DNA of 64,000 nucleotides from Verrucomicrobiia bacterium (GTDB lineage Bacteria; Verrucomicrobiota; Verrucomicrobiia; JADLBR01; JAIBCM01): NCBI GenBank assembly GCA_019694135.1, contig JAIBCM010000005.1, positions 34,541 to 98,540 of the forward strand, read 5' to 3'. Shown piece by piece: positions 56,045 to 64,000 of this stretch (position 1 is its first letter; each line of letters starts with the position of its first letter). The notes under the pieces were generated by a model. It saw only the letters and a program-made list of their open reading frames with translations, ran no database searches and was not told where the DNA came from. The position numbers and the translations under genes were made by a program.

Positions 56045-57745
56045 TTATTTGCGAGAATAAGTTTCTAACGTTTCGCGATCGGTTTTCAACTTTTCCCAAA
56101 TACCCAGCACCGTTTTAGCTTTTTTACTTAATTCCAATAAAGAGCCTGCAGACACTGTTCCTCCTTTTTGCAAACGTTGCCACATCACCAAATAATCCAT
56201 CAAATTATCCTTCAATTCAGAAGTGCGAGGATGCAGTTTTAATTGAACACGTTTCAGTCGAGACAACGAATTTTCTACAGTTTCCTCTGGAATCGAATAA
56301 AGCGTTTGGCGCGAACCATACTGCGCCTGAGTAGAAGCATCATAATATAATGATTGCCAAAAAGGATTCAAAGCCACGAAAATTTCATCCAAAGAAGCTA
56401 AAAAAGAAAGTGTATTTGGCGTTTTTCCCTCAGCTCGCCGTAAAAGGTAACGAGCGGAAAGATGATTCGGGGCAAGCTCCAGCACTTGACGCAATATCGC
56501 TTGAATACGCGGCACTTTTAAATAAGCCTCGCTTGTTCCCATAGCAACTTTTTGCACCGAACTAAAAAGTTCAATGGCTTGATTTACTTTTTCTGGTTTG
56601 TCCACGCGCGCTAAAGCCAACGCATCCTCCAAAGTTGCTACAGAAAAAATTTGAATTTCACTCAAACTTTTTAAAGGGTAAAGCAAACCCATATCATCAA
56701 TATCTTCCTCATTCGCAGTTGGAATAGCGACAAGCTGACAACCTGCCAAAGTTGCGCCACGGATTTTTTCAGGCGCTTTTCCTATTTTGCGCACGTTGTG
56801 ATCCACCGTGATATCGCCTGTAATCGCAAACAAGGAATCGATTTTAATATCTTCCAATAAAGAAAGTAGCACCAATGTAAAAGCGGTGCCGGCAGAGCCC
56901 CCATCTTTATCACTATATTTATCGTCAAAACTTATCTTGATTACCCGCCCCGATTCCCAAACCGGATGCAACACCTTTACCGCCCGCATGGCTTCATCCA
57001 AAGAAATTGTCATATCTCGGCCCACTGCCCGATTAAATAAACAATAAGAAGTAAATTTCGGATCACCTTTTTCCACCGTAGCTATGATTTCCAAGGTGCC
57101 TCCTTGAAATTGACCATCCGGTTGCTGTCGTACTACCAATCCATTAATAGTGCTTTGCGACCGAACAAAGGATGCTGCACCTTTTTGATCCCCCTGCACA
57201 ACTTCCGGCGCTTCCAATAACGAAGTCACGCTCGCTTCATCCACCACTTCTGACCAGTCAATCCAAGAAACGCTTCGCTTGAGTTTTTCTCGCTCTACAA
57301 TAGCTGACTCATTGCGAGGATCCATTTCCACCACCAGATCCAGGAGATAATTGGCCAACTTATCATCATTTTCTGTACCACTTTTACGCAACTGCTGACT
57401 GGTAACATAAAGTGCGGTTGCTAACTCTGAACCATTCAGCAATTTTTCAGGCGATTTAGGTTTCAAACCGCGCGTTAATTGATAATTTGCAACTACAGCC
57501 GCCTCATAGTTAGGGGCTAACCGCAAAGCAATCGCAAAAATTTTACTACAAAACACTGCGTCCTTTCCTACAGGATCCGGTCTAGAAATTGCGGCCTGGG
57601 TTAATGTGGCAGCTGTTTGATCTTTTTCTTTTTCATTTAAACTTATTTTTGAGAGATCGAAAATTTCTCGATTAAGATTTGGCTCTTGATAAGCGCCCCA
57701 CGATGAAAGGGTAACACTGAAACAAATAAACAAAAACAACCGCAT
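56045..57745 (-). CDS. Exported protein with Lon (S16) protease domain, no AAA+ module
   Basis: Signal peptide; DKDGGSAG...ITGDI...EKI with Ser284/Lys327; no Walker A motif. Confidence 0.75.
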   Translation of the reverse strand: MRLFLFICFSVTLSSWGAYQEPNLNREIFDLSKISLNEKEKDQTAATLTQAAISRPDPVGKDAVFCSKIFAIALRLAPNYEAAVVANYQLTRGLKPKSPEKLLNGSELATALYVTSQQLRKSGTENDDKLANYLLDLVVEMDPRNESAIVEREKLKRSVSWIDWSEVVDEASVTSLLEAPEVVQGDQKGAASFVRSQSTINGLVVRQQPDGQFQGGTLEIIATVEKGDPKFTSYCLFNRAVGRDMTISLDEAMRAVKVLHPVWESGRVIKISFDDKYSDKDGGSAGTAFTLVLLSLLEDIKIDSLFAITGDITVDHNVRKIGKAPEKIRGATLAGCQLVAIPTANEEDIDDMGLLYPLKSLSEIQIFSVATLEDALALARVDKPEKVNQAIELFSSVQKVAMGTSEAYLKVPRIQAILRQVLELAPNHLSARYLLRRAEGKTPNTLSFLASLDEIFVALNPFWQSLYYDASTQAQYGSRQTLYSIPEETVENSLSRLKRVQLKLHPRTSELKDNLMDYLVMWQRLQKGGTVSAGSLLELSKKAKTVLGIWEKLKTDRETLETYSRK

Positions 57746-57820
57746 AAGAATATTTTAATACTCAAAATCAACGATTGCGAGTCAAGAAAAGCTTGTTAGA
57801 GTAAGACACTTTTATTTTTT

Positions 57821-60562
57821 ATGATGACTTCGGCCCAAATTCGTCAAAGTTTTCTCGATTTTTTTCGATCGAAACAACACACTATCGTGCCTTCTTCGAG
57901 TCTCATGCCGGACTCGCCCAATTTGCTTTTTACCAATGCCGGCATGAATCAATTCGTTCCATTTTTCCTAGGACAAAAAAACTGCCCTTATCGTCCCGCA
58001 CGCGTCGCCGACACACAAAAATGCATTCGTGCCGGCGGCAAACACAATGATTTGGAAGACGTGGGATGGGACACTTATCATCACACTTTTTTTGAAATGC
58101 TGGGCAACTGGAGTTTTGGCGATTATTTCAAAAAGGAAGCGATTGAATGGTCTTGGGAACTCATTGTGAAACATTGGAATTTCCCTCCCGAACGACTTTA
58201 CGCCACCGTTTATCAACCTGGTAAAGGCGATCCATCCGAATTTGATCAAGAAGCATACGAAATCTGGGAGCACATTTTTCGCGCAGCCAAACTGGATCCC
58301 AAAATTCATATCGTAAGCGGAGGCAAAAAAGACAATTTTTGGATGATGGGCGACACGGGCCCTTGCGGTCCTTGTTCCGAAATCCATTTCGATTTAACGC
58401 CCCAAGGAGACTCCCAAGGCAAACTCGTTAATCAAGGCGACGCGCGATGCATCGAATTTTGGAATCTAGTTTTTATTCAATACAATGCAACCGCCGATGG
58501 ACAATTGCATCCTCTCCCCGCACGTCACGTGGACACGGGCATGGGCTTTGAACGCGCTGTAAGCTTGGTGCAGGGAACGCAAAATTTCCAATATTTTGAT
58601 CGCTTAGCATCAAATTATGATACCGATATTTTTCGGCCCATTTTTTTATCTTTGGAAAAATTGTGTGACAAAAAATATACGGGCTCCTTACCCGCTTCTC
58701 GTGGGCCAGGGGCAACAGCACAAGAAAAAGTCGATGTCGCTTTTCGCGTAATCGGTGATCATATGCGAACGCTGAGTTTCTCCATTGCAGACGGCATTTT
58801 ACCCTCCAACGAAGGACGAGGCTATGTATTACGCCGAATTTTGCGTCGTGCGGTGCTTTACGGAAGAAATTTAGATATTAAAAAGCCTTTTCTCGCTCAA
58901 CTTGTGCCCGTCCTCATCGAACAAATGGGATCGGTATTTCCTGAGCTCCATCATAATCAAAATCAAATCAAAACTATTTTACGCGGAGAAGAAGAAAGTT
59001 TTCACCGAACTTTGGAGCGTGGCATGACTTTGTTTCACGAGGCTCTCAATCAACTTCATAATCAAAAAATTTTTCCAGGCGAAGTGGCATTCGAACTTTA
59101 TGACACTTACGGTTTCCCATTCGATTTAACGGAACTTTTAGCTCAAGAAACCGGCGTTTCTGTGGATAAAATAGCTTTCGAATCGTACATGGAAATACAA
59201 CGTAAACGATCCCAAGCTGCACAAAAGAAAACAACCATTGAAGTCACTGAAGTCTTAGACCAAGATGCCACACTCTTTGTCGGTTATGATCGTTTAAAAG
59301 AAGAAAGTCACATTGTCGCCATTAAAGATAATCTTATCGCAGTGGAGCAAACACCTTTTTATGCAGAAATGGGTGGACAAGTAGGAGACCAGGGATTGGG
59401 CGAAGCTTCAAATTTGAAATTTGAAATCTCTAACACTTTCCAATCAGCTCAAGGCACATTTTGGCACGAATTAAAAAAGCCAATTCCCTGCCAAATCGGA
59501 GACAAAATAAAATTAACAGTAGACTCAAAAAGGCGCCAACTCATTCAAGGCCATCACAGCGGCACACATCTTTTGAATTGGGCATTACGAAAAACGCTTG
59601 GATCTTCACTGAAACAAAAAGGTTCTTACGTAGGACCAGATCATTTGCGATTTGATTTTTCTTACCATCAAGCAGTGGAAGATAAAAAAATCAAAGAGAT
59701 CGAATCACAAATCAACGATCGCATCAAGCAAGGTGACGAAGTGAAATGGTATGAAGAAAGTTATGATTTGGTGAAAAATGATCCCACTATTTTACAATTT
59801 TTCGGAGAAAAATATGGTGAGATTGTAAGAATCGTAGACATCGGCGGCTACTCAAAAGAGCTTTGCGGTGGAACACATGTGCGCAATACAAAAGAGATCG
59901 GCTTTTTTAAAATTATTTCCGAAAACGCCATCTCAGCAGGAGTGCGACGCATTGAGGCAGTCGCAGGGGATGCCATTTTTAATTATTTAACAGAAGCCGA
60001 AAAAAAACAAAATGAACGTTTTAACACATTGCAACACAAACGGGTTTTCTCAGAAACATTGCCCGAATTAAATCTCACACCCACCACCTCTCTTTCTCCT
60101 GAAGAAGTCTGGGAACAATTCGAGAAACGAGAAGAAATATTGCTAAAATTGGAGGCTGAAACACGCGAATGGGTCAAAGAACAACAAAAGTTAGAACTCG
60201 TCCGTTTTAAAGAGGAAGCCTTTGCCATTGCTCAAGAAATTTTAATAGAGAACAAAGACAAGCCCTACATAAAAAATCTCGGCGAACGAGAAATCAAATT
60301 ATTACCATTCATTATCGATGGCTTGAAAGACAAAATGAAACAAGTCGTAGTTTTAGGAGCGCAACAAAAAGGACGCGCCAACATCATAGTTTGGGTGCCA
60401 CCAACGCTAGTGGATCACTTTCATGCGGGAAAATTAATTCAAACCATTATCCCTTTTGTAGGTGGTAAAGGCGGCGGTCGACCCGATTTAGCTCAAGGCG
60501 GTGGCGATCAAGTCGAAGGCTTAAATGCAGCTTTAGAAAAAGCAAAAGAGTTGGTGATGTGA
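57821..60562 (+). CDS. alaS: Alanine--tRNA ligase
   Basis: LLFTNAGMNQF, HHTFFEMLGNWSFGDYFK, DTGMGFER, HSGTH, ELCGGTH, GGKGGG. Confidence 0.98.
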   Translation: MMTSAQIRQSFLDFFRSKQHTIVPSSSLMPDSPNLLFTNAGMNQFVPFFLGQKNCPYRPARVADTQKCIRAGGKHNDLEDVGWDTYHHTFFEMLGNWSFGDYFKKEAIEWSWELIVKHWNFPPERLYATVYQPGKGDPSEFDQEAYEIWEHIFRAAKLDPKIHIVSGGKKDNFWMMGDTGPCGPCSEIHFDLTPQGDSQGKLVNQGDARCIEFWNLVFIQYNATADGQLHPLPARHVDTGMGFERAVSLVQGTQNFQYFDRLASNYDTDIFRPIFLSLEKLCDKKYTGSLPASRGPGATAQEKVDVAFRVIGDHMRTLSFSIADGILPSNEGRGYVLRRILRRAVLYGRNLDIKKPFLAQLVPVLIEQMGSVFPELHHNQNQIKTILRGEEESFHRTLERGMTLFHEALNQLHNQKIFPGEVAFELYDTYGFPFDLTELLAQETGVSVDKIAFESYMEIQRKRSQAAQKKTTIEVTEVLDQDATLFVGYDRLKEESHIVAIKDNLIAVEQTPFYAEMGGQVGDQGLGEASNLKFEISNTFQSAQGTFWHELKKPIPCQIGDKIKLTVDSKRRQLIQGHHSGTHLLNWALRKTLGSSLKQKGSYVGPDHLRFDFSYHQAVEDKKIKEIESQINDRIKQGDEVKWYEESYDLVKNDPTILQFFGEKYGEIVRIVDIGGYSKELCGGTHVRNTKEIGFFKIISENAISAGVRRIEAVAGDAIFNYLTEAEKKQNERFNTLQHKRVFSETLPELNLTPTTSLSPEEVWEQFEKREEILLKLEAETREWVKEQQKLELVRFKEEAFAIAQEILIENKDKPYIKNLGEREIKLLPFIIDGLKDKMKQVVVLGAQQKGRANIIVWVPPTLVDHFHAGKLIQTIIPFVGGKGGGRPDLAQGGGDQVEGLNAALEKAKELVM

Positions 60563-60566
60563 ATTT

Positions 60567-61787
60567 ATGAAACGAAAAGCGCCCCATAGCAAAGCAAGTT
60601 TTGATTCGATCGAGTCGGTCATTAAAGATATTCGCTCTGGCAAATTAGTGATTGTCGTGGACGATGAAGATCGTGAAAACGAAGGGGATTTAGTGGGAGC
60701 AGGCGCGAAAGCCACAGTAAATTCTATCAATTTTATGGCCACGCATGGTCGTGGTTTAATTTGCGCGCCAATCACCTTGGCTCGCGCAAAACAGTTGGGT
60801 TTGCAGCGTATGGTGTTAGATAATCGTGAAACATTCAAAACCGATTTTACTGTTTCTGTGGATGCCGCACACGGAATTTCAACGGGCATTAGCGCTTCGG
60901 ATCGTGCCCATACTATTCGCTTGCTTGCCAGTAAACGATCCAGTCCGCGCGATTTGGTACAACCTGGCCATATCTTTCCTTTACAGGCAAAGGAAGGGGG
61001 TGTGCTACAGCGCAGTGGCCACACGGAAGCAGCTGTAGATTTAGCACGATTAGCGGGTCTTGATCCCACAGGGGTGATTTGCGAGGTGCTTAACGAAGAT
61101 GGCAGCATGGCGCGCTTGCCACAGTTGCGTCTCTTTGCCGCCAAGCATCACTTAAAAATTTGTTCGATTAGCGATTTGATTGAGTTTCGACGTCGCAAAG
61201 AAAAATTAATCGAATTGGAACAGGTTGTAAAAATGCCTACGGATTACGGCAATTTTACTTTGCATTTATTTCATTCAGTATTAGACGGCCAACATCATAT
61301 CGCACTGGTAAAAGGAAAAATCGACAGTCGCAAACCTATTTTGGTTCGAGTGCATAGCGAATGTTTAACAGGCGATGTGTTTGGCTCCAGGCGATGCGAT
61401 TGTGGTCATCAACTGCACGATGCTTTGCGTTGTATCGAAAAGGCTAGCAACGGAGTTTTGGTTTATATGCGTCAAGAAGGACGCGGAATCGGTTTTGCTG
61501 CTAAAATGCATGCCTATCGCTTACAAGAAAAAGGATTGGATACAGTAGAAGCTAACGTGAAATTAGGTTATCCCGCCGACTTAAGAGAATATGGTTTAGG
61601 CGCGCAAATTTTGTATGAGTTGGGCGTGCGTAAAATTCGTTTACTCACTAATAATCCTAAAAAAGTGGTGGGATTGACAGGTTATGGTATGGAAATTGTA
61701 GAACAAGTCCCCATCCAAACCAAACCCAATCGTCACAATAAAAAATATTTGAAAACGAAACAAAATAAGTTAGGACATTGGTTATAA
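60567..61787 (+). CDS. ribBA: Bifunctional DHBP synthase/GTP cyclohydrolase II
   Basis: DDEDRENEGD, GHTEA, VRVHSECLTGDVFGSRRCDC, RQEGRGIG, LLTNNP.K. Confidence 0.96.
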   Translation: MKRKAPHSKASFDSIESVIKDIRSGKLVIVVDDEDRENEGDLVGAGAKATVNSINFMATHGRGLICAPITLARAKQLGLQRMVLDNRETFKTDFTVSVDAAHGISTGISASDRAHTIRLLASKRSSPRDLVQPGHIFPLQAKEGGVLQRSGHTEAAVDLARLAGLDPTGVICEVLNEDGSMARLPQLRLFAAKHHLKICSISDLIEFRRRKEKLIELEQVVKMPTDYGNFTLHLFHSVLDGQHHIALVKGKIDSRKPILVRVHSECLTGDVFGSRRCDCGHQLHDALRCIEKASNGVLVYMRQEGRGIGFAAKMHAYRLQEKGLDTVEANVKLGYPADLREYGLGAQILYELGVRKIRLLTNNPKKVVGLTGYGMEIVEQVPIQTKPNRHNKKYLKTKQNKLGHWL

Positions 61788-61792
61788 AAGTT

Positions 61793-63094
61793 ATGTTCAT
61801 TTTGGCATCAAGTGCAAGCACTGTTCATCCCCTAGCGCTAAGCCCCTTTGTTTTACTACTTGGCATGATCGCTTTAATGCCTTTTATTAATCGGCATTGG
61901 TGGGAACATCATTATCCCAAGGTAGCAATCGCCTTAGGATTAATCAGCGTCATTTATTATGGATTCGCTTTGAATAATTGGACGCGAGTTCTTCACACGG
62001 CTCATGAATATGTCAGTTTTATTGCGTTGATTGGTTCTTTATTTGTCGTCGCGGGCGGGATTCATATCGTTGTGAAAGGAGAAGCCACACCCTTTCGAAA
62101 CTGCATTTATCTGTTGATCGGCGCTATCTTAGCAAATTTTATTGGCACCACGGGCGCATCCATGTTACTGATTCGACCCTGGATTCGCACTAATCGTTAT
62201 CGCATTACCACTTTTCATATTGTTTTCTTTATTTTTATTGTGAGCAATGTGGGAGGATGCTTAACACCGATTGGCGATCCGCCTTTGTTTTTAGGCTATT
62301 TAAAAGGAGTTCCTTTTTGGTGGGTGTTAGAACATTGTTGGGAGGCTTGGATGATCAGTCTTTTTGGCCTTCTAGCGATTTTTTATTGTTTCGATCGTCA
62401 TAATTTTTTGCGCGCTCCCAAAGAAGTGCGAGAAATGGAAACGGCCAATGAAGAATGGAAAATAGGTGGATTACATAATTTATTTTTCTTAGCGGTCATT
62501 TTAGTGGCTGTCTTTATTTCCCAACCACTTTTTTTAAGAGAAGCCTTAATGATAGGAGCTGCAATCGCTTCTTATTATTTAACGCCAAATTATGTGCATC
62601 GAGCCAATGACTTTACCTTTATGCCCATCAAAGAAGTGAGTTGGTTGTTTATTGGAATTTTCGCAACAATGATGCCAGCTTTGGATTATTTATCCGTTCA
62701 CGCACAACAGGGTAACATTCCTTTGCATTCAGAAATGCAATACTATTGGTTAACCGGAATGCTCTCCGGCATTTTAGATAATGCACCCACTTATCTCACC
62801 TTCTTGGCAGCCTCTTTAGGAACTTTTGGATTATCCATGGAAAAACCGAGTGATGTCATGATTTATATCACACAACACGACCATCATCTTGTGGCTATTT
62901 CGTTGGGTGCTGTTTTTTTTGGCGCTATGACTTATATTGGCAATGGTCCGAATTTCATGGTCAAATCTATTGCCGAAACAGCTGAAGTCAAAGTGCCCAG
63001 CTTTTTTGGTTACTTTCTGAAATACAGCGTTCCCATTTTGTTGCCGATTCTTTTAATTATCAGTCTGATTTTTTTCTATTTTCGATTTTTTTAA
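61793..63094 (+). CDS. Putative Na+/H+ antiporter (IT/NhaD-like superfamily)
   Basis: Multi-TM; GTTGASMLLIRP, LTPIGDPPLFLG, LDNAPTYL, TYIGNGPNFMVK; ATG at 61793 (track start 61778). Confidence 0.8.
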   Translation: MFILASSASTVHPLALSPFVLLLGMIALMPFINRHWWEHHYPKVAIALGLISVIYYGFALNNWTRVLHTAHEYVSFIALIGSLFVVAGGIHIVVKGEATPFRNCIYLLIGAILANFIGTTGASMLLIRPWIRTNRYRITTFHIVFFIFIVSNVGGCLTPIGDPPLFLGYLKGVPFWWVLEHCWEAWMISLFGLLAIFYCFDRHNFLRAPKEVREMETANEEWKIGGLHNLFFLAVILVAVFISQPLFLREALMIGAAIASYYLTPNYVHRANDFTFMPIKEVSWLFIGIFATMMPALDYLSVHAQQGNIPLHSEMQYYWLTGMLSGILDNAPTYLTFLAASLGTFGLSMEKPSDVMIYITQHDHHLVAISLGAVFFGAMTYIGNGPNFMVKSIAETAEVKVPSFFGYFLKYSVPILLPILLIISLIFFYFRFF

Positions 63095-63834
63095 GAGATA
63101 TTTAATTTGTTTTTTCGTTCCATCCAACGACAAATTACAATGCAAATCTCATAAAGAATCAACATTGGCACAGCCATCGCGCTTAAGGTAAAAAGATCAG
63201 AAGTGGGAGTAATCATAGCTGCTGCAATAACAATCACAACAATAGCATGACGCCGATATTTTTTTAAAAAAGCGGCATCCACAAACCCTAGCTTAGCTAA
63301 AATTAAAATAACAATGGGCAATTCGAACGATAACCCGAGCCCTAAAAGCATTTGCACACAAAATGCGATATAGTTTTTGGCTGTCCATTCCGTGGTATAG
63401 CCCATGCTAGCGCTGTAATTATGAAAAAACCGTAGAGTTTGGGGTAGCAACAAAAAATAACAAAAAGCAACACCTAAAGCAAAAAGCAAGCTACCTACTA
63501 TAAACGCTGGCAACAGCATTTTTCTTTCTTGTGCTGTAAGCGCCGGCAATAAAAAATTGCCCAAAAAATATAACACAAAAGGAAGCGCAAAAACAAAGCC
63601 CGAAAAAAAAGCCGCTTGCAAACTCAACGTAAACGCATCCGCAACGCCTAAAACCCTAAGGAAATGAGCAGGATCAAGACCTGCCCAAATCAAAGGAAGA
63701 TTAAAAAGTTTAAGAATCGTTTTAACAAAAACAAAACTGGCAAGCATCCCCACGATAATGGCAATGCCACTTTTGATAATCATCCGCCTCAAATCCTCCA
63801 GATGACTCAAAAAAGGCTTGGGCTCATCATGCAT
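63091..63834 (-). CDS. tatC: Twin-arginine translocase subunit TatC
   Basis: FLSHLEDLR, FLLPALT..ER, FELP, ITPTSD, LYE. Confidence 0.93.
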   Translation of the reverse strand: MHDEPKPFLSHLEDLRRMIIKSGIAIIVGMLASFVFVKTILKLFNLPLIWAGLDPAHFLRVLGVADAFTLSLQAAFFSGFVFALPFVLYFLGNFLLPALTAQERKMLLPAFIVGSLLFALGVAFCYFLLLPQTLRFFHNYSASMGYTTEWTAKNYIAFCVQMLLGLGLSFELPIVILILAKLGFVDAAFLKKYRRHAIVVIVIAAAMITPTSDLFTLSAMAVPMLILYEICIVICRWMERKNKLNIS

Positions 63835-63870
63835 GGGGAATATTAGATATCGCTTGTAATCAAGCGCTCT

Positions 63871-64000
63871 TTATTTCATCACAACACCAATTTCTGCACG
63901 ACGATTCTTTTGATAAGCGGCTTCATTGGCGCCGGGAACAGCCGGTTTTTCTTCGCCATAGGAATGTGTGTAAATCCGATTTGCGGCAACGCCCAGACCA
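63871..64000 (-). CDS. pal: OmpA/Pal family protein, C-terminal fragment (5' end outside the window)
   Basis: Translated by hand: ...[42 protein letters not shown]. Confidence 0.8.
   Translation of the reverse strand, partial: GLGVAANRIYTHSYGEEKPAVPGANEAAYQKNRRAEIGVVMK

Noticed and set aside
59407-59429. TTCAAATTTGAAATTTGAAAT inside alaS as an inserted repeat element
   Set aside because: It stays in frame in a region of apparently normal AlaS spacing and could be coincidental AT-rich coding sequence.
60533-61144. 203-aa antisense ORF over ribBA, and other antisense ORFs of 60-170 aa (e.g. 48459-48971, 43523-43984, 57968-58387)
   Set aside because: They fully overlap well-supported genes on the opposite strand and have no family motifs. 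These are typical shadow ORFs.

Overview
This is 64 kb of AT-rich bacterial chromosome. The gene repertoire and protein styles suggest Verrucomicrobiota, but that is inference and was not searched. The backbone is housekeeping: partial comF, ribD/ribE, ald, yebC, hpnH, nagA, copA, an ABC-F ATPase, fabD-fabG-acpP-fabF, yajQ, mutL, parB, holA, alaS, ribBA, tatC and partial pal, plus tRNA-Gly(GCC) and tRNA-Glu(TTC). Three accessory blocks interrupt it. (1) At 8.0-16.5 kb is a dispersed family of orphan Ala-rich helical proteins with shared motifs; four of them have a TTGACA box 77-87 nt upstream of the start. (2) At 37.4-40.9 kb are four signal-peptide-less orphans, including a paralog pair ending in beta-strands and a terminal Phe. 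(3) At 41.0-47.2 kb is an array of five secreted paralogs beside tRNA-Glu. Four carry a Lys-rich C-terminal domain, and three of those have a Lys-free variable domain. Two share a perfect 422-bp repeat flanking a divergent core, the strongest candidate here for an undescribed surface-variation or sorting system. Other oddities are an HtrA homolog with the catalytic His replaced by Lys, an exported Lon-type protease lacking the AAA+ module, a REP/RPE-like inverted repeat pair, and several apparently leaderless promoters. No CRISPR array, integrase, transposase or rRNA was seen.
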